A stretch of DNA of 32,000 nt from Dickeya solani IPO 2222. GTDB lineage: Bacteria; Pseudomonadota; Gammaproteobacteria; Enterobacterales; Enterobacteriaceae. The stretch covers positions 3,630,001 to 3,662,000 of the forward strand of contig NZ_CP015137.1 in assembly GCF_001644705.1 (NCBI RefSeq), written 5' to 3'. This document shows, piece by piece, positions 1 through 8,321 of this stretch. The translations under genes were made by a program, and so were the position numbers. Each line of letters begins with the position of its first letter. Position 1 is the stretch's first letter. Under the pieces are notes generated by a model. The model was not told the DNA's origin and did no database searches. It was given only the letters and a program-made list of their open reading frames with translations.

Positions 1-260
1 ATATTGCCAACCTGCTGCTGGCGCCGTATTTCCGCCAGATCGCCGACGAATACCAGCAGGCGCTGCGTGATGTGGTGTCCTATGCGGTACAGCAGGGTAT
101 TCCGACCCCGACCTTCTCGGCGGCGATTGCCTATTATGACAGCTACCGTTCCGCGGTATTACCGGCCAACCTGATTCAGGCCCAGCGCGATTATTTCGGC
201 GCGCATACCTATAAGCGTATTGATAAAGAAGGCGTATTCCATACCGAATGGTTGGAATAA
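1..260 (+). CDS. gnd: 6-phosphogluconate dehydrogenase (decarboxylating), C-terminal fragment; the 5' end lies upstream of the window
   Basis: Frame 3 is open from the window edge. The translation [85 protein letters not shown] is the recognisable Gnd C-terminus. Stop TAA at 258-260. Confidence 0.95.
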   Translation, partial: IANLLLAPYFRQIADEYQQALRDVVSYAVQQGIPTPTFSAAIAYYDSYRSAVLPANLIQAQRDYFGAHTYKRIDKEGVFHTEWLE

Positions 261-287
261 TATTCTGAAATATTTTTCATATTCTGA

Positions 288-312
288 AACCGGATAGAAA
301 TATCCGGTTTTT
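288..312 (+). terminator. Rho-independent terminator after gnd
   Basis: Stem aaccggata / tatccggtt with loop gaaa, followed by a T-run (308-312). Confidence 0.7.
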
Positions 313-639
313 CTTTCCAATATCTCCTCGCTAATAACTAAGACTTTTCTGAGAATATCTCATCTCGTTGTAACTAATGGGAAAAATATAACATTCTTGC
401 GACTTGTCTTATTTCCTTAATCGTTCAATTTTGTTTTTCTTATTCTTTATCTGAGTATCAGTTCGGATCCTTCCCGTGCGCTGGTGATTATTTCATGAAG
501 GATGAATTGAAATAATTGCTTCACAGGCGATGGGGAAGATCCAACCTGGCTGATTAATTCAGCCAGTCGTGGGTCAGGGGAGAGCTTTCGGGTTGTTTCC
601 TGCCTGATGTCCTTAAACAGGAAATAAAAGGAAATGGTA

Positions 640-921
640 ATGATGAAGAAAACGCTAGCGATCCTGGTACTGGCTCTGGCCGTACCTATGGGCGCTCTGG
701 CGGCTGGACCATCAGCTGTCAACGGTCCGCCCACTTCCCCAAATGGCGGTACCGTGGCTGGTTCATTCGCGTTTAGTGCGGCGAATGGCCTAGGGTCGGG
801 CCATGGCAATGGCAACGGGTTTGGTCGTGCTGTCGTGGCAGGCGTCGTTTCCGCCTCCACCAGCACCACCTCCAGCACCGTTGGAACCAGCACCTCAACC
901 GTGACGTCAACTAGTCCTTAA
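640..921 (+). CDS. yjbE: YjbE-like small secreted Gly/Ser/Thr-rich protein
   Basis: Signal peptide MKKTLAILVLALAVPMGALAA, then a low-complexity G/S/T tail ending STSTVTSTSP. It lies immediately upstream of yjbFGH homologues, as in E. coli. AGGA at 629-632 favours the ATG at 640/643 over the track start at 634. Confidence 0.6.
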   Translation: MMKKTLAILVLALAVPMGALAAGPSAVNGPPTSPNGGTVAGSFAFSAANGLGSGHGNGNGFGRAVVAGVVSASTSTTSSTVGTSTSTVTSTSP

Positions 922-937
922 TGATGGGCTAATAGCC

Positions 938-961
938 AAGGCCACTCCGGTGGCCTTTTTT
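938..961 (+). terminator. Intra-operon hairpin plus T-run between yjbE and yjbF (terminator/attenuator)
   Basis: Stem aaggccac / gtggcctt with loop tccg, followed by tttttt. It sits 17 nt after the yjbE stop and 34 nt before the yjbF ATG. Confidence 0.65.
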
Positions 962-994
962 CTGCTTCAGGATGTTCAGGCGAGAACCCGAACA

Positions 995-1669
995 ATGAAA
1001 AAAATCCTTGATTTAGCCTTGTTCCGGATGTTGGTGGTCGTTTTCTTCATGCCAGGACTCACAGGGTGTTCCCAGCAAATCAGTCAACTGGGTCAGGACT
1101 TTCGGCTGGCGTTGTGGGGAAGGGAAGATGTCAGCATGACGCCGCAACAGGTGGAGCAGCTTCCCTATGCTTCAGCGTATCTGAAAGTGGGTAAGGCGCC
1201 GCGCGTCTTTGTGGTGCTGGCGTTTGCCGATAACCAGCAACTGAAATGGGTGACGGCGGATAAAAATAGGGTGGTGACCCGCTTTGGCCGGTTGGTGAAA
1301 ACGCAGGGGCTGGGTGAAGACATTCAACAAGTCACGGAACTGGACACCGACCCGCTCAGTCTCGGTTTGCTGAAACCCGGCACCCCGAAACGCTGGCACA
1401 CCATCGTCAGCTGGTCGCAGGTGTTGCGCGGCGGCTACGACCTGCAATCGGAATTCGAAAATAAAGGCCCGGAAACCCTGACGATATTGAATATGCCCCG
1501 GCGGACGGTACGTTTCGACGAACAGGTGACCGTACCGGCGCTGGGCAAACGCTATACCAATCAATACTGGCTGGACCCGACCTCCGGTCAGGTCGTCCAA
1601 AGTTATCAGTACATGGGGCCAAACATGGTTCTGGTGCAGTTCACTGTTCTTAAGCCATACAATCAATAA
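995..1669 (+). CDS. yjbF: GfcB/YjbF-family exopolysaccharide lipoprotein
   Basis: Start placed at MKKILDLALFRMLVVVFFMPGLTGC (lipobox LTGC), not the track start at 950, which overlaps the terminator. Position between yjbE-like and yjbG-like genes. Confidence 0.8.
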   Translation: MKKILDLALFRMLVVVFFMPGLTGCSQQISQLGQDFRLALWGREDVSMTPQQVEQLPYASAYLKVGKAPRVFVVLAFADNQQLKWVTADKNRVVTRFGRLVKTQGLGEDIQQVTELDTDPLSLGLLKPGTPKRWHTIVSWSQVLRGGYDLQSEFENKGPETLTILNMPRRTVRFDEQVTVPALGKRYTNQYWLDPTSGQVVQSYQYMGPNMVLVQFTVLKPYNQ

Positions 1670-1678
1670 GGTAATTTT

Positions 1679-2458
1679 ATGTTGTCATTCAATCGATTGG
1701 CTGCCTTGTTATTGCTGGTGGCCGGAACATCAGGGGCGGCGCAGTTAACGGTAAAGTATGCAGGCGAAACCTTGCCTGCCGTGGTGCAGAAAGACGGCAC
1801 CCGTCTGGATCAGTTCTACGGCCAGATGACTTTCCCGGACAAGGCCAACTGGCAAACTGCGTTACTCACCAACGAACGTGTGACGGAAAAGGTCAGAGAA
1901 AAGGGCGAAAAGTTGCAGGCCCGGCTCTATCAATTGCAACTAGCCTGGCAGGTCGAGGGCGATGGCGACTGGGCGATCGCAGCCTGGTATATGGCGCAGG
2001 CGCTAAAACAGGTCAATACCGTCGGCCGGATCCGCGCCAGCATCGACCCGGATATCGTGCGTCTTTCTCCGCGGGATAATCGCCCGTTAGTGGGCAACTA
2101 TACCCTCTACCTGTCACCTTATCGGGATCAGTTCTTTTTGTTCGGGCTGATCAGCACCGGCATTGATATCGGCACCCCGAACGTGTTCAAGGATATTGAC
2201 CTCCAGTCAGGCTGGTCTGTCGAACAGTACATCGGCAGACGGCGTTTTCTGCCTGGCGGCGATAACCGCGACGGTTATCTGATTTCAGGCAACGGCCACT
2301 GGCGCAAAGTCCCGCTGGCTATCTGGAACCGCCAGCACTATGAACCGGCGGCGGGAGAAACGCTGTTCATCGGTTTTGACCCTTCTATTCTGCCCGAGGG
2401 CTTCACGTCTCTGAATGAGCAGATCGCCGACTATCTTGTCAACCGGATTCCACACTAA
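1679..2458 (+). CDS. yjbG: GfcC/YjbG-family periplasmic capsule/EPS protein
   Basis: Signal peptide MLSFNRLAALLLLVAGTSGAAQ, AAGG Shine-Dalgarno (SD) sequence upstream, operon position, and a stop that overlaps the yjbH start (TAATG). Confidence 0.8.
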   Translation: MLSFNRLAALLLLVAGTSGAAQLTVKYAGETLPAVVQKDGTRLDQFYGQMTFPDKANWQTALLTNERVTEKVREKGEKLQARLYQLQLAWQVEGDGDWAIAAWYMAQALKQVNTVGRIRASIDPDIVRLSPRDNRPLVGNYTLYLSPYRDQFFLFGLISTGIDIGTPNVFKDIDLQSGWSVEQYIGRRRFLPGGDNRDGYLISGNGHWRKVPLAIWNRQHYEPAAGETLFIGFDPSILPEGFTSLNEQIADYLVNRIPH

Positions 2459-4599
2459 TGGCTAACAACAGAACTTTTAAACTGAGCTGTCTGTCGCTGG
2501 CGATTGGCAGCACATTAGGGACGCCGGTCTGGGCGGCTGAAGCGGATAACCAAGATGCGGCGAACCGCAGCGGTTATTACCAGCCCGCCGGCGTATCGCA
2601 GATGGATTTTGGCGGCGTCGGACTATGGCAGATGCCGACGGCGCGGATGGCGGATACCGGCGAGTTTAGCGCCAGTTACCGCGACAATCAGGAATATCGC
2701 CGCTACGCCATTTCATTACAGCCGCTCGACTGGCTGGAGGCGACGTTGCGGTATACCGACATCCGTACCCGGCCTTATAGCACCACCCCCAGCTTCAGTG
2801 GTAATCAGACCTACAAAGACAAGAGCTTCGACGTCAAGGCGCTGCTCTGGCAGGAAAGCCGCTGGTTGCCGCAGGTATCGCTGGGGCTGCGCGATATCGC
2901 CGGCACCGGCCTGTTCGACAGCGAATATCTGGTAGCCAGCAAGCGCTGGGGGGCGTTCGATTTCACGCTGGGCATGGGCTGGGGCAATATGGCGCAGAGC
3001 GGCAACATTACCAACCCGGCCTGCCGGTTGATGTCGGGATTCTGTACCCGTTCCGCCTCAACGCAGACCGGGCAGTTCGCGGCGAAGAACTTTTTCCACG
3101 GACCGGCGGCGCTGTTTGCCGGGCTGGAGTATCAGACGCCGTGGGATCCGCTGCGTATCAAGCTGGAGTACGACAGCAACGACTACAGCGTGGAGGCGGC
3201 GGATCAGACGCGCCCGGTGTCGCAGCATATCAAGCAGGACTCGCCGATTAACGTCGGTCTGGTGTACCGCGCCACAGACTGGCTGGATACCTCGCTGTCG
3301 TGGGAGCGTGGCAATACCCTGATGTGGGGCTTCACGCTGCGCACCAACTTCAACCGGCTGCGGCCGCAGCACCCGGATGACGAGCCGCCGGTTTACCTGC
3401 CGGTGAAAAATGCGCAAGGCGGCACCGATTGGCAACGTGTTTCGCAGGAACTGGATGAAAAGGCCGGCTTTGCTCAACCGGATATTTATAGCGACGGTCA
3501 GCAGGTAACGGTGGTGGCGGAGCAGTATAAATATAACAGCGATGCCGAGGCCAGCCGGCGGGCGGCGACGGTTCTGGCGAACAATCTGCCGGATAACGTC
3601 GGGCAGTATCACATCGTCACCCGCAGCGGCCCGCTGACCGCTACCAGCACCCGTGTGGATGCGTCAGCGTTCCGCCAGCTGGAGTCCGGCAGTACGCCGT
3701 TGGGGCTGGATGAGCCGGACCCCTACCATGTCGAGCCGCTGCCGGAGCCGCGTGGTCGTCAGGTTCTGCATACCGAACCGCCGCGTTTCTCCTACGGCAT
3801 CGACCCTTCGTTGCAGCAGTCGTTCGGCGGTCCGGAATCGTTCTATATGTATCAGCTGTCGGCCAACGCCAGCGCTGATTACCGTATTACGGATAACTGG
3901 CGGCTGGGCGGCGCGCTGAGCGTCAATCTGCTCAATAACTATGACCAATTCAACTTCAGATCGCCTCCGCAGGACGGCGCGGCGCTACCGCGGGTCCGTA
4001 CCCATATTCGTGAGTATGTGACTGCATCGGACGTGCTGCTGACCAACCTGCAACTGTCGCGTTACGATCATCTGTCGCGCGACTGGTATACCCAGGTCTA
4101 CGGCGGTTATCTGGAAACGATGTACGCCGGGGTCGGGGGCGAGGTGCTGTATCGGCCGTTTGGCAGCAACTGGGCGGTTGGGATGGACGTTAACTACGTC
4201 AAGCAGCGAGACTGGGACGACCCGCAGCGCCTGAGAGATTACAGTGTAACCACCGGTCACCTGACCACGTACTGGTCGCTGCCGTTCGTCAAAGGCGGGC
4301 TGGCGAAAATCAGCGTCGGGCGCTATCTGGCCGGCGATAAAGGCGTCACGTTGGATCTGTCGCGCCGTTTCGACAGCGGCATCGTGGCCGGCGCGTTCGC
4401 CACCGTCACCAATGTCAGCGCCAGCGAGTATGGCGAAGGCAGTTTCACCAAAGGGATCTACTTCACCATCCCGTTCGATCTGATCTTCAGTTCACCAACC
4501 ACCCGTCATGGCTCCATCGGCTGGGTGCCGTTGACCCGCGACGGCGGGCAGATGCTGGATCGGCGCGACGTGCTGTATAACATGGTGGACCGGGAATAA
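2458..4599 (+). CDS. yjbH: YjbH/GfcD-family outer-membrane beta-barrel protein
   Basis: 713 aa with a signal peptide ending VWAAEA. Aromatic/Gly-rich beta-barrel-like sequence. Last gene of the yjbEFGH arrangement. Confidence 0.85.
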   Translation: MANNRTFKLSCLSLAIGSTLGTPVWAAEADNQDAANRSGYYQPAGVSQMDFGGVGLWQMPTARMADTGEFSASYRDNQEYRRYAISLQPLDWLEATLRYTDIRTRPYSTTPSFSGNQTYKDKSFDVKALLWQESRWLPQVSLGLRDIAGTGLFDSEYLVASKRWGAFDFTLGMGWGNMAQSGNITNPACRLMSGFCTRSASTQTGQFAAKNFFHGPAALFAGLEYQTPWDPLRIKLEYDSNDYSVEAADQTRPVSQHIKQDSPINVGLVYRATDWLDTSLSWERGNTLMWGFTLRTNFNRLRPQHPDDEPPVYLPVKNAQGGTDWQRVSQELDEKAGFAQPDIYSDGQQVTVVAEQYKYNSDAEASRRAATVLANNLPDNVGQYHIVTRSGPLTATSTRVDASAFRQLESGSTPLGLDEPDPYHVEPLPEPRGRQVLHTEPPRFSYGIDPSLQQSFGGPESFYMYQLSANASADYRITDNWRLGGALSVNLLNNYDQFNFRSPPQDGAALPRVRTHIREYVTASDVLLTNLQLSRYDHLSRDWYTQVYGGYLETMYAGVGGEVLYRPFGSNWAVGMDVNYVKQRDWDDPQRLRDYSVTTGHLTTYWSLPFVKGGLAKISVGRYLAGDKGVTLDLSRRFDSGIVAGAFATVTNVSASEYGEGSFTKGIYFTIPFDLIFSSPTTRHGSIGWVPLTRDGGQMLDRRDVLYNMVDRE

Positions 4600-4672
4600 C
4601 GGTAGATAGGGAATAACGGTAGATAGGGAAGAACGGTAGATAGGAAATAATAGTGGACCAGGAATAATCCAT
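4588..4672. repeat. Tandem array, 5 x 17 bp, seeded on the last codons and stop of yjbH
   Basis: Units: GACCGGGAATAACGGTA / GATAGGGAATAACGGTA / GATAGGGAAGAACGGTA / GATAGGAAATAATAGTG / GACCAGGAATAATCCAT. Unit 1 contains the yjbH stop (4597-4599). Confidence 0.85.
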
Positions 4673-4701
4673 CGTGGCGCGACAGTCATTCGGTCAATAC
4701 G

Positions 4702-4730
4702 CAACGCCTCCCGAAAAACGGGAGGCGTTG
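4702..4730. terminator. GC-rich hairpin between the convergent yjbH and the polymerase-like gene
   Basis: 11-bp stem caacgcctccc / gggaggcgttg with a 7-nt loop. No clear U-tract on either strand, so terminator function is uncertain. Confidence 0.45.
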
Positions 4731-4736
4731 CCAGTA

Positions 4737-6002
4737 TCAGGATTGGGGCTGTAGTGACGAGGGAGAGGAAAGCGGGTTTACGGCTCTGGTCCGCTGGCGG
4801 TGCAACGTGTTGCCGACCATCATCATGGTGACAAACAGAAACAGTCCGGGTGAAAAGTAGCCATAGCCGCGCAGGAAAAATTCGACCGCGTAGGCGATCA
4901 CCACCGCCATGGCGATTTTCAGCAGCGTTGATTCCATATCGGTGTTATCGCGGATACGGTTGATGGTGTTGACGGCTTTTTTCAGGATAAACAGGTAGCC
5001 GACACTGAGCAGCAGGCCGACGGCGCCGAATTCGCTGACGATTTTCGAGGCCAGGAAGCCGCCGTCGTTACGGTTGAAATCGCTGCCGGCGAGCGACTGG
5101 ATGACGTAGCCGTATTGGCCGACCCCATTGGTGCCGGCCATTTGCAGCCCCAGCCCGAGGCCGTGACTTTCCAGCAGCGCGTTTTTGGCGTCATCCAGCC
5201 CTTGCAGGAATACCAGCGTAGTGAGGTTGTCGGTATCGTCGCTGATGGTCAGGCGCGACCCAAAGTAGGCGATAGCCGGCAGGTCGGAAAAGTAGGTCAG
5301 CATGAAATACACCGACGCGACCAGCACCACGATAATCGTCAGCATCAGGGTAATGCGCCGCGCCATCCAGAAGATGAAAACCGCCATCATGCAGAACACC
5401 AGCAACGTCAGGCTGGGGAAAATCAACGCCTGTAACAGCAGGTTTGCCAGCAACACCACGCGTTCCCGGTTTTTCATCAGAATGCCGCTGGCGCAGACAA
5501 AGATACCGACCGTCAGAGCGTAATGGCTCTCTTCGGAAAAGGGAAATACCGCCTTGGGTTTCGCAACGTAACTACCGATATCAATGCGATGGATGACCGA
5601 GATCCAGCCGAGCAACAGCAGGGTATAGGTGACGGCCCGAAAAACGGAGGCGAGGGTGGCGGGTGGCACCGTCAACAGGCGGTTGGAAAATAGCGTGGCG
5701 CCAAGAAAAATAATAATCAGCGCCGGCAACGTGAAGAGTGGTTTGTAATTATCATAAAATGCAGCGATATAACCGGATTGTGCCAACAATATAAATACTG
5801 CTATCGAAAAAAGTAAGATTTTTCCACTGGAAAAGGTCAATTTCTTCATGCATCTCAAGCCATAAATATAGATAGCAGTGATGGCGACCATCATGCCCGG
5901 CGCCAGCGAGGATTGCTGGAGAAATACAAACACAAACTGTGGTATCAGGAAAATGCAAAGCATTGCCCAATAAAGAGAATTATGTTTTATGGTTGCCTTC
6001 AA
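4737..6002 (-). CDS. Polytopic membrane protein, O-antigen ligase/polymerase-like (Wzy_C-type)
   Basis: 421 aa, hydrophobic throughout, with roughly ten or more predicted membrane-spanning segments. Contains a larger loop GLGLGLQMAGTNGVGQYGYVIQSLAGSDFNRNDGGFLASKIVSEFGAVG that resembles the Wzy_C/WaaL loop. The track start at 6002 is a TTG codon; an alternative ATG lies at 5963. The 5' third is visibly AT-rich. Confidence 0.6.
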   Translation of the reverse strand: MKATIKHNSLYWAMLCIFLIPQFVFVFLQQSSLAPGMMVAITAIYIYGLRCMKKLTFSSGKILLFSIAVFILLAQSGYIAAFYDNYKPLFTLPALIIIFLGATLFSNRLLTVPPATLASVFRAVTYTLLLLGWISVIHRIDIGSYVAKPKAVFPFSEESHYALTVGIFVCASGILMKNRERVVLLANLLLQALIFPSLTLLVFCMMAVFIFWMARRITLMLTIIVVLVASVYFMLTYFSDLPAIAYFGSRLTISDDTDNLTTLVFLQGLDDAKNALLESHGLGLGLQMAGTNGVGQYGYVIQSLAGSDFNRNDGGFLASKIVSEFGAVGLLLSVGYLFILKKAVNTINRIRDNTDMESTLLKIAMAVVIAYAVEFFLRGYGYFSPGLFLFVTMMMVGNTLHRQRTRAVNPLSSPSSLQPQS

Positions 6003-6201
6003 TTTTCCATCCCCATACTCAGTTAACGTGTATTTTCAGTGATGATAAATCAGATTGAATTAAATTTTTAATTATTTTTGCAGAAAATTTATGATATCCA
6101 TCGGCGCTATTGTTTACCCTGCTGGTTATCAACCCATTACTTGCCACCACCTGAATTTCGATGTTTAACATGTTGAATTTATTGATATCGGAGAGATTGT
6201 T

Positions 6202-7704
6202 ATGAATAGAAGAGATTTCCTGGCCGGCAGCCTGGCATCGCTGGCGGTGACCTCGACGGCATCGGCGTCGCAGGAGAATAATGCGATTGCATTTACCAAT
6301 GATCTCAGCCGTTACGATATTGATTTTTCCGGAAAGAAAGATTCCACCGGGCCTTTTCAGACACTTCTTAATGATATGTTGGAACAGTCAAAGTCTTTAT
6401 CGAATGCCCAGCAAAAGGTCAGGTTAATGTTACAAGGCGTGGTTCAGGTTTCTTCCACAATAAAAATAGATGCATCAAAAGTTTCTATTCATGGTCCGCT
6501 GACAATTATTTTTACCAAAAATGGTAATTTCGATAAATATGCGGTTGTGGTTACCGGGAACCCGGATGTGGATGCCGCCTACAGCAATATTGTGGACAGT
6601 TTTTTTTCCGGTGTGCATTTTATTTCTGAAAAGAGAACGTTAGATCTGTTTTTTGCGTATAACCCGGAAAACAATTCCAACCGCAATGCGTCCTGTCTGT
6701 TGAGCATTTATTCCTGCCGTTTTACCGGGTTCAGAAAAGTCTTTTCCAACGGTGCGGGCGGCTGGGGCTGGAACTGGTTCTCCTGCGGGTTCAATAACTG
6801 TGACCGCCTGTTGTACCTAACCCGCCAGCCGGATTCCTACGAGCGCTTCACCTTCATCGGCTGTATCTGGCAAAACGGCGGGTACGCTTTTGAAATCGAT
6901 AATCCGGACGGCGTGGTGTACTGGCAGGCGGGCAGCTTTGATTACTGTGAGGGGATCGCGCTGATTAACGAAGGGCATGTGGAGATCAACGGCCACGTCG
7001 AGTACGTGAGGCGAAAGCAGCCCGCCGTGGTGCTCAGGAAAAAGAACGCCAGCTTTGTGTTCAACGGCGGAGCGATATTTGTGCGTCAGAATCCAGAACA
7101 GCCTTACCTCATTTTCGATCAGGCGTTTGATTATCAGACCACGCTGAACAACATTCGCTTTGCCACCGATGGCATCAATGTGACTTCTTGCGTGATATCC
7201 AACCGCCCTTGCTGGAAAAACAACCTGATTTTTACCAATCAGATGGCGGAGCTGATTGCCCTGAACGACAGCGGCAGCACGCTGGTTTATCCCGGCGCCG
7301 CCGGTTGCGCCAGTCGTTACGACCCAGCGCACATCAAAGAAGATAACGGGCGGTTTGTGAAAATCGCCGAGGGCGATAACGTGCAGGTACAGTTCCTGAT
7401 ACCGATCAACGGACACGATCAAATCGGGGTCACCTGGCAGGCGCAAACCTCCGTCGCCGGCAAGGTAGCGATTACCAAAAAGCTTCATGGCTACGGCGAA
7501 AACGGTCCTGGTCCGGTAATGATGGACCTGACCCGCGACGGCAAAGACTACATTCAGAGTAGCGATCGATTGCAGAAGGGCAGTTCGGGCACTATCTGGA
7601 AAATTCCGCGCAGCGCCTGGCTGCTTGCGCTGTCGTTCAATCTCTCCACCGCCAGCGTCGGCGACTATCTGGATATGCGCGAACTGAAGCTGGTCAGTTG
7701 CTGA
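6202..7704 (+). CDS. Tat-signal secreted protein, possibly a right-handed beta-helix polysaccharide-active protein (WcaM-like architecture)
   Basis: Twin-arginine signal MNRRDFLAGSLASLAVTSTASAS, with a GGAG SD sequence at 6190-6193. The N-terminal pattern YDIDFSGKKDSTGPFQTLL...VQVSSTIKIDASKVSIHG resembles the start of pectate-lyase-3/tailspike-type beta-helices. The function is inference only. Confidence 0.6.
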   Translation: MNRRDFLAGSLASLAVTSTASASQENNAIAFTNDLSRYDIDFSGKKDSTGPFQTLLNDMLEQSKSLSNAQQKVRLMLQGVVQVSSTIKIDASKVSIHGPLTIIFTKNGNFDKYAVVVTGNPDVDAAYSNIVDSFFSGVHFISEKRTLDLFFAYNPENNSNRNASCLLSIYSCRFTGFRKVFSNGAGGWGWNWFSCGFNNCDRLLYLTRQPDSYERFTFIGCIWQNGGYAFEIDNPDGVVYWQAGSFDYCEGIALINEGHVEINGHVEYVRRKQPAVVLRKKNASFVFNGGAIFVRQNPEQPYLIFDQAFDYQTTLNNIRFATDGINVTSCVISNRPCWKNNLIFTNQMAELIALNDSGSTLVYPGAAGCASRYDPAHIKEDNGRFVKIAEGDNVQVQFLIPINGHDQIGVTWQAQTSVAGKVAITKKLHGYGENGPGPVMMDLTRDGKDYIQSSDRLQKGSSGTIWKIPRSAWLLALSFNLSTASVGDYLDMRELKLVSC

Positions 7705-7855
7705 TCGCCGGGTGGAGTGTAAAGAAGGCGATCGTTTTACGAAAGCAGTGCGTAATCAATATAACTGGCTGTAAATAAGCGGTTTTTTAGGAGCAAGCGA
7801 CTTGTTGCCTTTTGGCTGGTTTCTTATGATGCACCCGTTGAAACTGAGGTGAATC

Positions 7856-8023
7856 ATGAAAAACGTAGTCAAAATGGTCGGTTTACTGGCATTGATCGCT
7901 ACCCTGAGCGGTTGCATTTTTCCTCCTCTGTGGGGAGGTCCGGGCGGCGGTCATGGCGGCCCCGGCGGCGGCGGGCCGGGTGGCTTTCACTACCAGCCCG
8001 CTAACGGACCGGGTCATCCCTGA
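7856..8023 (+). CDS. Small Gly/Pro-rich lipoprotein (55 aa), absent from the ORF track
   Basis: Hand translation: MKNVVKMVGLLALIATLSGCIFPPLWGGPGGGHGGPGGGGPGGFHYQPANGPGHP. Lipobox LSGC. GAGG SD sequence at 7846-7849, about 6 nt before the ATG. Stop TGA at 8021-8023. Confidence 0.6.
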   Translation: MKNVVKMVGLLALIATLSGCIFPPLWGGPGGGHGGPGGGGPGGFHYQPANGPGHP

Positions 8024-8321
8024 TGTGTAACGCGGCTGGCCTTCCCCCTGTGGGCTGGCCGCGTGCCGGATTGTCTCCTCGCCATTCCTCCCTCCCTGTG
8101 TTCTTTTCCTCCTTCCGTGTCATCCAACCCTCTGTTTTCACATCGATAATAGTCTTTATTCGCTGGGGCTAAACCCAGGTTGCATCCCGCAATAATTCAG
8201 AGCACCGCCTGGATTTAATCCGTTTTAAGAAAAACAGCGTCTTAACTGAGGTGATTTGAACTGGAATTTGGAATAATGACTGCGCGTTCGCCGTTATAAG
8301 GATTATAAGAAGGAGAGTGGG

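Noticed and set aside
350-363. TGAGAATATCTCAT upstream of yjbE, considered as an RcsAB box because E. coli yjbEFGH is Rcs-regulated.
   Set aside because: Only about 9 of 14 positions match TaAGaatatTCctA, and three of the six most conserved positions are wrong. That is not enough to call.
447-893. A 148-aa minus-strand ORF overlapping yjbE and its leader.
   Set aside because: It runs antisense to a signal-peptide-bearing ORF that fits the yjbEFGH context. It has no SD sequence and crosses an AT-rich promoter region.
8071-8140. The minus strand of the polypyrimidine tract is rich in GGA/AGGA motifs, which raised the idea of a CsrB/RsmB-like CsrA-sponge RNA.
   Set aside because: The motifs are not presented in repeated hairpin loops. 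There is no flanking promoter or terminator on that strand, and the tract is far shorter than known Csr/Rsm sponge RNAs.
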